A stretch of DNA of 64,000 nt from a virus (taxonomy: Duplodnaviria > Caudoviricetes): the IMG/VR virus record IMGVR_UViG_2636416106_000010, positions 64,762 to 128,761 of that record; one strand, given 5' to 3'. A program made the position numbers and the translations under genes. The notes beneath the pieces were generated by a model. That model was not told the origin of the DNA. It did not search any database and worked only from the letters and a program-made list of their open reading frames with translations. Below, piece after piece: positions 30,386 through 40,700 of the stretch; within the stretch, counting starts at the first letter, position 1; each line of letters starts with the position of its first letter.

Positions 30386-30418
30386 AAAACAAAAAGAGCT
30401 AACAAAATGTTAACTCTC
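30386..30418 (-). terminator. Intrinsic terminator
   Basis: Minus strand GAGAGTTAACA-TTT-TGTTAGCTCT-TTTTGTTTT. Confidence 0.75.
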
Positions 30419-30427
30419 ATTTGTCTA

Positions 30428-31626
30428 TTAATATGCATAACCCTTATTCATTGCATTTGCAACCGCGCCCTCTAACCACTTGTTATCTATGTTTCTCGAA
30501 TTGTCATTTACATTCACATTTGTACTCATTTTGACATTCGACATAGCCATGATTTCATTGTTTAGCATAGCTGCTAGGTCATTATGATTCATTCTCTTAG
30601 CAGCCGAAGCCTTTACAGATATATTGATGTATTCACCGTTCTGGTTAGGTGTTACACGAGCTGTAGGAGCCCCTAAAGTTTCTGGTGCCACTGGTGCCAT
30701 TTCCTGTAACCCTTCTGGTGTAGGTGCGCCTTTCATTAGGGCGTTTGTTGCCCATAATGCACCGAACCCCATAAGTCCAACCCCCGCGAAACTTGCTGCG
30801 CTTCCACTAAATGCTTTCTTACCAGCAGTTGCAATATCTGAAAGGGACTCATTCATTTCATCTCTCATTGTACGATGAAGTGGCATTGCTTCATTTGACA
30901 TGATTTTTGGCTCAACAGCTTTTCTTTCTCCCATGATTTCAACAGAACTAACTGCATCGTCTAAACGATCTTCAATGTTTGCATATCTGCGCTCATGAAT
31001 TCGTTGTACAGATTTTTCGAAGAATTCCTGGTGCTTAGCCATTCTCGCATTACCGTACTCTTTAGCAATGTTAGAGATTTCAGTTACAGCATCCATGCCT
31101 GGGATGTGCTCACCTGTTTTGACCATGTTGGAGAAGTTATGGAATCCAATACCTTGAGAAGCAGCTACAAGTAAACTTGATTGTCGGTATCCTTGAACAC
31201 CCATTTCACTATAAACTTCTTCTGCTCCACCTAAGATTTGAAGAGACTTCTTAATGAATTCCTGATTTGATCCTTTGTAAACTTCACCTTTTCCTACTTC
31301 TAGGAATGGTTTGCTCTTAAATAGACCACGATCAACAAGGTCAGCTGAAGCTAAATCATAATCCAATCCGTTACTAGGATTATTAATTTTATCAATCATG
31401 CTGTAAAGGTCGCCCATTACCTCTTCTGCAGTTTGCTTAGAACCTTCTACTTTCTTAGCCGAGATAGACTTCTGAGAATATTCACGAAGGAATTCATCCA
31501 CCATTGCAGTTTCTCGTACATAATCATCTCTAGAGTATTTCATTGCTCCTTCTGCTTCATTGAATAGCTTGTATTTCGTTTCCGCCATCGTCATAAACGC
31601 TGCAGACATTCTCATACGTGTATTAT
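30428..31626 (-). CDS. Probable C-terminal part of the giant polymerase-like protein (frameshifted)
   Basis: No RBS before the track ATG at 31615. The frame is open upstream to 31687, overlapping the end of 31627..37698. Contains a hydrophobic segment (FAGVGLMGFGALWA) and a tape-measure-like C-terminus. Confidence 0.6.
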
Positions 31627-34600
31627 CTACACTACCAAATTGTAGAAGAAGGTTGCACGAGCTAAGATTGATTTTTCGTGTTCGGCCTTACCTAGTCCGA
31701 ATTCACCATTCTTAACTGTTCCCCAATCATCATATACACCCGTACTTTGAAGAGATTCACGAATCTTTTCATGTGCTTCAGCACCGTGTAGGTGTCCAAG
31801 TGTAAGATTCTTAGTGCTATTACCTGAGAAGAATGCTTCGGAAGCAGCTACAACATCTTTATGAGTTGCGTCTAAACCAGTAGCACTTGATACGCTTGTA
31901 CGGAAGTCTTTTTCCATACTGTTCATAATTACGTCAGCTGCCAATTGGTTCTTCGCTGTATCAGAATTATGTAGCTTAGTGATGTCCTTTAATACTGCAC
32001 TTCTTTGTTTCTCATCATCTATTCCATAATGAGTTAAGAATACCGCTAAGTTATCTCCGTCAAAGTCACCAGAAATACGTTCGGCCATACCACGCAATCC
32101 GACTACTTGCCCTTCACCAACAGCATCACTGATTTTCAATTTAAGAGCTTGAGTCGTACCAACGTCAATCGATGGGTAACGAATAGTAGTTGAGAACACA
32201 TCGTTTTTGTTCCAGTTTTTCACAACATAATCCGTCATGTCCTCTGGTTTGATTTTCGCAGTATCTGTACCCCAAGATTTCGCAATGTTCTCAGCCTTGT
32301 CGCCAATTAAATTACGAACATCTTTCTCGTTCATGTAGACTTCGCCCTCTTTAGCGATACCATTGTTTACCCACTTTTCGCCGTCTTTCTGATAAGCTAA
32401 AGCAGGGTTAACGCCTCCAAATTGGTATTGAGAAGACATTGGAAGTCTTCTTGCCATAATCTTAGCCATACCTTCTTTTGAAGTTGAATCACCAAGAGTT
32501 GTAACAAGATTAGAAACTTCTCTGTTAATCTCTGTTTCTAAATTTCCACGTCGTTTAGCTACATCTTCTGCAGAGAATTTATCTGTTGTGAATAAGCCAT
32601 TGTATTCTTCTGTTTTTCTCGCAATAGAAGCATAGTGACCTTTTAATGTATCGAGGAACTCTGTCTTCTCAACATAGTTAACATCACTAGGTAGCTTCAT
32701 TGAATTGATATCAAGAAGAGGAATGTGTTGGTTCCCTGCGAACTCCGGAAGTTTTAAGTACGCTGTTCCTTTTGTGCTAAGTAGGTGCTCTTGAATCTTT
32801 TTACCTTTACCACCAGACTCTAGATTAAACTCTATTGCTCCGGCATTAATAATCGTTTTATTGTAATCACCAACAGTGAATGTTTGACTATGACCAGGCT
32901 TTTGAGGAATTGCTTCGAATGAATCCTTACTTACATGAAGTACTCCACCTTTCATCTGTGCATTTACATCCGTCATTACCCCCATACCATCAGAAGTGTA
33001 ATCAATAACTACATCTCCTGCTTTAGGAGTCCAACCGTTATCGTAATTACCAGCAACTTTAACCATTTCGTTAAATACTTTTTGCTGAGCTTTAATTTCT
33101 GGTGCAGTTTGAGAACCATAAACCATATCACGCATGAAGCTAGCATGTGTAGAAGTCTCTCCTGGTTTATATATGCCTGTTCGAGTATAAGAACGATCTA
33201 ACATATCTATCTCTTTAACAGTTATCTTACCGCGGTCAATTCCACCCTGACGATTCCAAACATCATGGGCCATTGTGATATCAGCAAACACTTCACGATT
33301 AAGACCTAACTCATTCATCCACTTAGCTGAAAGTTTCTCGCGACCTTTTTGATCAAGCTGTTTTCCATCTAAACCAAAGTTGGAATCTACAACGTATTGA
33401 CCATTTTGATTAGTAGTTTTAATACCAAGCATTTGTTCAACATCTTTGTAGAATGAAGACAGTGCTTTATCTTCCGAACCGTAACCAGTGATTTTCTTAT
33501 CTACTGTGCCGCCGAATTGTTGACGAATCTGAGTATCATAACCACGAATTAATGCCGGTAAATCAGTAGCACCTTTCTTTTCTCCAAGATGAGAAATTAC
33601 CTGCTCTACTCCTTCTACGCCATATAAGTCACTCATAACTTCTCCAAGCATAGGAGTCATAGTAGCACGGAAACCACCTTCAGTTACTGCTTTGAATCCA
33701 TGTCCTGTTTTACGTTGTCTACCTAACACAAGAGATCTCTTATCAATGTCATCTGCGTTGAATCCAAGGATAGATACTTTATCACCTTTCTTAAAACGTT
33801 TGTCATCAACAATTTCATTTTTAATATTGTTAATTTCATATTTTCCAAGTGTAAGATGATTCTTCTCATTAAACATAGAATTTATATCGATATTTAATGG
33901 CTTATCAAAAGTGATTCCTTTCTCTTTCCATAGACCATTACCAAGACCTTGTTTTTCAGCCTCTTTTTCAATAGCTACTTCAATAGAATTGTTGAACATT
34001 ACTTTTTCAGCGTTCATATTAATACGAACTTCGTCCATTCCATCAAAGGCTTTCATTAGCTTGTGATCCATAAACGCTAGACCTTCACTAGTCGAAAGCA
34101 TACCCATATCTAAAGATTTCTTCATTTGTCTTGCTTCTACAGGTGAGATTTGATTTTTAGATTGAGCTGTATCAATCATGCTCTTGTATTTCGCAACAGT
34201 ATTAGCATCTTTTAGCTTCAATGCAATTTCTTCATCTGTCATATAACCTGTTTGCATTGTAATACCGCGGACCTCATTTGCATCATCAAGTGCTTTATAT
34301 GCAGCTGACGAAATAAAGCTGTTTTTTGTACGGAACGATTGGTCTTTACCAGAACCACGTAATACTTTCGATGCAACTTCTTGGTCTACTTTTCGGTAGT
34401 TGATTGTTTTGTGTGGATTCTCTACTGAATCAGCATAGTAGTTACCTAATGCCATATAAGTACGAGCATCTGTATTTGCAGTACCGACGAAACCTTTTGA
34501 AGCAGAACGGTTATTAATACCAAACATACTTCCTTTTAATCCAGAAGCACCATTTGCGAAATCAAGAAGTCCTCCGGCAGTAGCGTAACCTTTTGCTCTT

Positions 34601-37600
34601 TGTCCCATTGCTTCAAAGAATGTAATCCCTTTTTCTTTTGCATTTTGAGCAATAATATCAGCAGAGGTGTTCAAACCTAATCTTTTTTGATTTGCCTTAT
34701 ACCAAGCTTCTGCATAGCCCGTGATATCCCATTTACTTGAACGAACTTCACCACTAATAGCTGATTTAATATCAAACATTTCTTTATCATCGAAATGTAG
34801 TTTTCGACTTGCATCAGTAGGGACTGGATCTACCTGTCTTCCAACACGATAACGAAGTCCTTGTCTGATTTGAACAAATGCGTTCTTATTTCCTGTACCT
34901 TCAGCTATCTCAGACAACTCTTTTGCTTTCTTAGAGTAATCAAGAATCATATTAAGAGCATCTGTAACTGATGTACTATGATAAGCTCCTTTTGCACCAA
35001 TACCAGAACGAACAACAGAAGCTTTTCGGTTGCCACCGTATTTTACCTTCATATCATTATCAAAGGATGGAAGTTCAATAGTAGCTAGTCTAGGGTTACG
35101 AACTAATTCTTCATATGTCTTTACTTCGCTTAAATCCATACCACTCTTTTTATCAGCTAAGATAAGTAGAGGATTTCCGCCGTCCATAAATCGAATTTGA
35201 GTATTAAAGTCATTGCTGTAAGACGATAAAATCTTACCTACAAGATCTTCATACTTTGCAGCCATACCACTTGCTTTACTAATTGTGTCTGCATCGTTCA
35301 TTCCATGTGTGCCGAAATTCTTCTCAAATAATCTCTTAATACGATTATCCTGCTCTCTTAAGAATCCTTTTAGTGGACTATTACCATTTAATATGTCTTT
35401 AGCATTTTTGTATGAACGAGCGTTCTCAATGCTTTCATGCATAACATCTGGTAGGTTCTTCATTAACCCTTTGATTGCAGTTGTTCGGTTATCCGTCATT
35501 TGATTAGTTACTTCACGAACGAAATTGTCTGTACCCATATTTTCTACCTTGTCACGAACAAGATTAGACATTTCAGTAAGAGCTGTTTCGATTTTATTAC
35601 CCGACATAACTTCCTGTTTCATCTGACCTATAAGATATTTTACATCGTTAGAAGCTTTACCTTCCGGTGAAAGTTTGAAGTTTTTAATGATGATATCCTG
35701 TAATTCGTCAATACGAGCCATCTTGTATGACTTTTCAGGATTTCCAATGCGATCCCCTCTTCTTCCATTAATGTAAGAACGGAAAGAACCTTTGATTGAG
35801 TTCGTATCTTTTGCATTGAAAATTGTTTTATCTTCTTCTCCAAAAGCAAAATCGAAAAATCTATTTCCTTTAGCAGTTACATGAGCTTTGTTATCGCCTT
35901 GTTCATCTAACTTATTTTTAAGGTGTCGCAGAGCAATTGACTTCTGTTCGTCACTTAACCCTGAAGCTTTTAGAGTGCTCATAGCTGTTCCCCATACGTC
36001 TCTTTCCCCTTCTAATCGTGCGACCATATGAGGGAACTTCATAGCTAGTTCTTCTGTTCCTCCATTTTTAACAACGTGTGATTTCCAGTCAAAACCTTCT
36101 CCGACACTACCTGCTTTATCTAGATAGTTGTAGTATTCATTCATTTTCTTCCATCCATTATTATCGAACATTCTTTCATATTCACGGAAGGAAGCGTCAT
36201 GTTTTACTTTTAAATCACGCAGGCTTTTAGAAATTGCATCATCCATTGGCATGAAAGAACCATGAATTTGCTGAGCTAGTCCTTCTTGAGTTTCAGACAT
36301 TAATAAGATGCTTTTACCTTTAATATCTTTAGAATCAAGTCTTGCACCGAACCCTTTCTTATCTGTTCCTGGTAATGCTACGTCTTGTAAAAATTCTTTA
36401 ATTGTGAAATTCTCATTTGAAGGAAGAGATGTGTTTAAATTAGCCCATCGGGGTTTCATCTTTCCATCGCCCTCAACTGTTCCCACAAGATTGTACTTGT
36501 GCTTCTCTTTATCAAAATAACCACTTTGATAAGAGAATACGTCTTGTCCCGCTTTTAGGATTTCTGTTTTTAATGTAGAAGGATTAAGGGCGTAAGCTGG
36601 AGATTTCTTCGATTCTTGGATGAATGATTTGATTTTGTTGTGGGTGAATCCCGCAATTTCAATATTCGCCTGAATATCGTCTTTTGCTAAGTGATACAAA
36701 TAAGAAGATTGATTCGCTTTAATCTTTTTCTTACTTAATAAAGATTGATGGATATGTTCTTGTCGTAAACTTGAACCAGTTAATGAGTATGGATCTTTAG
36801 CAGTAGCAGAATATCCATGATAAAAATCTAATGAATCTTTTGATACTTTTCTAAAGAACTCTTTTGTGCTTTTATTTCCCGCAGCACCAATAATAGCTGG
36901 TAAGTCATAGTGGTGAATGTTGTATCCACCTAACTTTGAATTAGTAGATCTAATCTGATTCTGGAAGATAGATAACGCATCTTCAACCTTTGTTCCTTTG
37001 TGGTAAAGGTTATTAAGGCCTCTCTCAATTTCTTCTATTGTATTTCTTGTAAAAGCTGTACCTGCAGAAGGAACACGAGAATGTCCTAGTAAAGACATGT
37101 AAGCTTTTCCGTTACTTGTAGCACTTTTAAATTTACTCGCATCAGAATACTTAGCTAAATCCAGTAATGTACGGTGCATATCTTGTGAAACTGCCATCAT
37201 TGGATTTTGTTTTAATCTGTTAATCTGTTGCTTTAGTCGAGCATACTCATCTTTTCCGGGAGCGACTGCCATTGAAACAATAGAGCCATGATTTTTAACA
37301 AAATCTTTTCCATTAAATTTAGTCCCGCCAAAGGATAACTCAGTCATTGCAAACAAATCTAACCCCTTATTACTTCTCATGTGTTCGGGTGTACCAATCG
37401 CTTCTATATCAAAGAACAATACGTTGTCATCACCTTTTAGACTCATAAAAGGATTTAATGCTTGTTGAGCATTCACATTAAAGCTATTTGGAGTACGAGC
37501 TGACTCCCAAATTCCTAATGAACTAATACGATTGTCTTTTGTTAATTCGTTATATGTTTGAGCTATTGCGCTTTGTCTATATTCAGCAGCAGTACGTTCT

Positions 37601-37698
37601 GCTGCGTTCTCCATTCTAATCTTGCCTGAACCATCAGCAGATTCATAAGCAGGTGTTAGTGCTCTGTTTTTTATAGGTACTCTTTCGATTCCTTCCAT
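31627..37698 (-). CDS. Giant putative virion single-chain two-barrel RNA polymerase with an N-terminal DEDDh exonuclease
   Basis: 2023 aa. GDFDGD (DFDGD at 32053..32067), RYP (32173..32181), GFKAVTEGGFRAT (33661..33700), SEGLAFM (about 34068..34090). Exonuclease motifs FFDIEAIG, GYNIHHYD, HLAKDD. Confidence 0.7.
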   Translation of the reverse strand: MEGIERVPIKNRALTPAYESADGSGKIRMENAAERTAAEYRQSAIAQTYNELTKDNRISSLGIWESARTPNSFNVNAQQALNPFMSLKGDDNVLFFDIEAIGTPEHMRSNKGLDLFAMTELSFGGTKFNGKDFVKNHGSIVSMAVAPGKDEYARLKQQINRLKQNPMMAVSQDMHRTLLDLAKYSDASKFKSATSNGKAYMSLLGHSRVPSAGTAFTRNTIEEIERGLNNLYHKGTKVEDALSIFQNQIRSTNSKLGGYNIHHYDLPAIIGAAGNKSTKEFFRKVSKDSLDFYHGYSATAKDPYSLTGSSLRQEHIHQSLLSKKKIKANQSSYLYHLAKDDIQANIEIAGFTHNKIKSFIQESKKSPAYALNPSTLKTEILKAGQDVFSYQSGYFDKEKHKYNLVGTVEGDGKMKPRWANLNTSLPSNENFTIKEFLQDVALPGTDKKGFGARLDSKDIKGKSILLMSETQEGLAQQIHGSFMPMDDAISKSLRDLKVKHDASFREYERMFDNNGWKKMNEYYNYLDKAGSVGEGFDWKSHVVKNGGTEELAMKFPHMVARLEGERDVWGTAMSTLKASGLSDEQKSIALRHLKNKLDEQGDNKAHVTAKGNRFFDFAFGEEDKTIFNAKDTNSIKGSFRSYINGRRGDRIGNPEKSYKMARIDELQDIIIKNFKLSPEGKASNDVKYLIGQMKQEVMSGNKIETALTEMSNLVRDKVENMGTDNFVREVTNQMTDNRTTAIKGLMKNLPDVMHESIENARSYKNAKDILNGNSPLKGFLREQDNRIKRLFEKNFGTHGMNDADTISKASGMAAKYEDLVGKILSSYSNDFNTQIRFMDGGNPLLILADKKSGMDLSEVKTYEELVRNPRLATIELPSFDNDMKVKYGGNRKASVVRSGIGAKGAYHSTSVTDALNMILDYSKKAKELSEIAEGTGNKNAFVQIRQGLRYRVGRQVDPVPTDASRKLHFDDKEMFDIKSAISGEVRSSKWDITGYAEAWYKANQKRLGLNTSADIIAQNAKEKGITFFEAMGQRAKGYATAGGLLDFANGASGLKGSMFGINNRSASKGFVGTANTDARTYMALGNYYADSVENPHKTINYRKVDQEVASKVLRGSGKDQSFRTKNSFISSAAYKALDDANEVRGITMQTGYMTDEEIALKLKDANTVAKYKSMIDTAQSKNQISPVEARQMKKSLDMGMLSTSEGLAFMDHKLMKAFDGMDEVRINMNAEKVMFNNSIEVAIEKEAEKQGLGNGLWKEKGITFDKPLNIDINSMFNEKNHLTLGKYEINNIKNEIVDDKRFKKGDKVSILGFNADDIDKRSLVLGRQRKTGHGFKAVTEGGFRATMTPMLGEVMSDLYGVEGVEQVISHLGEKKGATDLPALIRGYDTQIRQQFGGTVDKKITGYGSEDKALSSFYKDVEQMLGIKTTNQNGQYVVDSNFGLDGKQLDQKGREKLSAKWMNELGLNREVFADITMAHDVWNRQGGIDRGKITVKEIDMLDRSYTRTGIYKPGETSTHASFMRDMVYGSQTAPEIKAQQKVFNEMVKVAGNYDNGWTPKAGDVVIDYTSDGMGVMTDVNAQMKGGVLHVSKDSFEAIPQKPGHSQTFTVGDYNKTIINAGAIEFNLESGGKGKKIQEHLLSTKGTAYLKLPEFAGNQHIPLLDINSMKLPSDVNYVEKTEFLDTLKGHYASIARKTEEYNGLFTTDKFSAEDVAKRRGNLETEINREVSNLVTTLGDSTSKEGMAKIMARRLPMSSQYQFGGVNPALAYQKDGEKWVNNGIAKEGEVYMNEKDVRNLIGDKAENIAKSWGTDTAKIKPEDMTDYVVKNWNKNDVFSTTIRYPSIDVGTTQALKLKISDAVGEGQVVGLRGMAERISGDFDGDNLAVFLTHYGIDDEKQRSAVLKDITKLHNSDTAKNQLAADVIMNSMEKDFRTSVSSATGLDATHKDVVAASEAFFSGNSTKNLTLGHLHGAEAHEKIRESLQSTGVYDDWGTVKNGEFGLGKAEHEKSILARATFFYNLVV

Positions 37699-37710
37699 AA
37701 TACCCTCCTA

Positions 37711-37748
37711 ATAAATAACGGCGCCCGTCTAAAAAGACTGAACGCCGC
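37711..37748 (-). terminator. Stem-loop/terminator between the two giant genes
   Basis: Minus strand GCGGCGTTCAGTCT-TTTT-AGACGGGCGCCGT-TATTTATT. Confidence 0.6.
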
Positions 37749-37758
37749 TTAATGTATT

Positions 37759-40700
37759 TTAGAATAATGAGGAATGTATCCCTGCATTAAGATTATCTAA
37801 AATTTCATTTTGCATATCTTTCATGATGTCGATGGAAGTATTAATTCCACCTGGTCCCTCTCCATAAGAAGTTGTTAATTGGACATCTACATCTGACAAT
37901 CCCATTCCTGATAACACCTCACGCAAGCGACCTGTATCGATCAAACTACTTAAAGAGTGTATTGGTATTGCTTTTTCTCCTGATTTCTCCGCTCTAGCTT
38001 GGTCTTTACTCCAATAACCAGAAGTAGTTGGGTTTACACCTTGCTTTTTCATAACCTTGATTTTTATATCATCAAGATTTGTACCCGCGTTCCATCCGGA
38101 CCAATTTTCACTCGGTAGATAATGACTATCAAAGTAATCTTCAATATCTTCTTGCTTATCTACCTTAAGCCCCCAACTACCTTGTAAGATTCTTTTAATG
38201 TCCTCAGGAACATACTTTAGAATCTCCTGACGCTCTTTACTACTAGTCGTCTCAAGGAATCGAGGAATGTATTCTCGCTCTTTTGGTGTTAAGGCTCTCA
38301 TTAACGATGTTCTATCAGAGGCTCCAGTCTCACCCATACTATATAGAGTACCTTCATATTCTTGTCGATACTTAATAGCTAAAGATGTATACTTACCTGA
38401 TTGATAGGCTTCTTTTGCAGAAGAAATACCTTCTATTTCGTCAGAGAGTTCATGAATTTGTGATTTAACGGCTTCGGTGTCACCATAACCCATTTTTTTA
38501 GCCCACGACAATGTTTTCTTCTTGTCTGTTAGGTAACGTTTTAAGCCTTTATTTTTTCGTCCTTTTTCTGCTGCAGCATCAAAGAATTCTTCTACATCTA
38601 CGTCCTCTTCACTTTTAGCAAGCTGACTAGCTTTTTCGTAAAGACCACGATACTTAACGTATTTTAAACGGTCAAAGTACTGGTTAATTTCTCGCTCATC
38701 CTCACGCTCTTGAGGGATCCAAACATTATCTAACCCAGGAAGGATTCTGCCTGCTCCTTCATCTAATACACGAAGAGTAGAAAGTCCTGCACCGATAGCG
38801 AATCCAGCGACACGTCCTAACCCTTTAGCTTTTGTAGTCTTCCCCCAAAGGTGACCAATGGCTGCCATTTCTGCACCAGCAATAAGTGGATTTTGAGAAG
38901 CAACCGTATTTACCATCGGTTTAATCCAACCTTCATATGGCTGTGTCCAAGGTCTCCAATCTGAACCGTATACTTGATCTCTCTTATAACTTTCAATCGG
39001 TGTACGTACTTGTAAAAACTTATCAGCTAAGATTCCGACGAAAGGTATTTTAGGAAGAATATCATGCGTTAACATCTCAGTATACTTACCGACAGTTACC
39101 ATGTCATTTGAATAAAGAGCCCTTGTAGAAGTCGGGCTGCCATCATCTTTTATCTGAACTGGATTTTTCCAAGTTCGGTTTGCGATAAGAGCATTTAATG
39201 ATTGACCTTTGTTAGTCTCAAACCAGAAACGACCATCTTCATTTTTGTTCGTGTATACAACAGCATCCATTGAGCCATATGTGTCAGTATTCATTCGTGC
39301 AACAGGGTCGTCAGCGATACCAATCTTAACTTTCTCACCAACTTTTAGATACTGCCCCATCCAATCAATAACATCTTGGTTATCTTTTTGTGTTAATTTG
39401 ATACCAGCTAATTTAATTGGAGCATCGAACTCTCGAACCATGAACGTATTTGCATCGATAATTTTAGAGATTGTTACATTCTTTTCTTGAATGTCAGCAT
39501 TTGAAAACTTCTTATCGTACCAATGATATGTATCCTGTTTGTCGTGAACCTGTTTCTTAATCTCATCAACTTCTTTGGCCATATCTTCTGTAAGACCACC
39601 AGATTGACGCAGTAATGAGATTTGATGCTTAGCTACTTTATACTGTTCACTATCAGGATCAACATCTGCTAAGATACGGAAACGGTCAAACACACCGTAG
39701 TCTGCAAATTCACCAGAACCAGTTCCGTCCGGATGAAGCTTATAAAGAGTTTCATATGCTTTACCAGGAAGTCTTATTTCACCCTTCTGTATTTTCGCAT
39801 ATGGATCACCGTGTAAGAAATCTGTTGATGAACCTATACCTGGCAACCATTCAGGCATCGTGTTTCGAATTGGAGAGTAATAATCTTTGTTAGGGTCACG
39901 AGGAACATAACGACGACCAATCTCCGATAGTGCACCACCGGCACCACCAAGGTTCATATCCCAAAAAGCACGACTTGGAGAAGTCATTAATGTTGATGGA
40001 GCAAGTGTTGTTCCACGCCATGACTCTTCATATCCAATTCCTGTTTTCGTTAAGAAACCATAGATACCACCTAACTCAGAAGCACTGTAGAATCCGTCTT
40101 TAAGCAAGCCTGTTAAATTATCAAGTTGACCAATACTGTCAAGATCTTGAGGGACTCCCATATTTCGAAGCTTCATTAAACTATTAACTGTGCTAGCTTC
40201 TACACCATCACCCATTTGAGCAAGTTCATAGTTTTGTTCAGCTAAAATGTTTTGGGCTCTTGTAGCACCACTCATACCTCTACCAATAATACTTCCGCCA
40301 ACCGCTGTTCCACCTGATCCACCTATAGAACCTACAGGGCCTCCTGCACCACCGCCTGCAACGTTTGTTTTATACGTAGGTGTAATTCCATTGCCGTAGT
40401 TAACAATACCAGCATCAGCACCATAATTAGCTGCTGAACCACCAAAGTAATCACCTGTTCCTTGATCAGCGTACATATTATATTGTGTGACTGCACCTGT
40501 TCCAGAAATACCAACATAAGAACCATCATTAACTGGACTATACTTATCTTGGATGAATTGGTTGATAGAAGAAATATATTCTTCATGTGCTTTTTCTAAC
40601 CCCTTGTGCTCTTTACGAGGTTTTAAGATTCGACCAACAGTTCCATCGACAAGGTTACCGACGATAGGAATGTTTTGTAGCTCACTGAAACCACCAGTGA

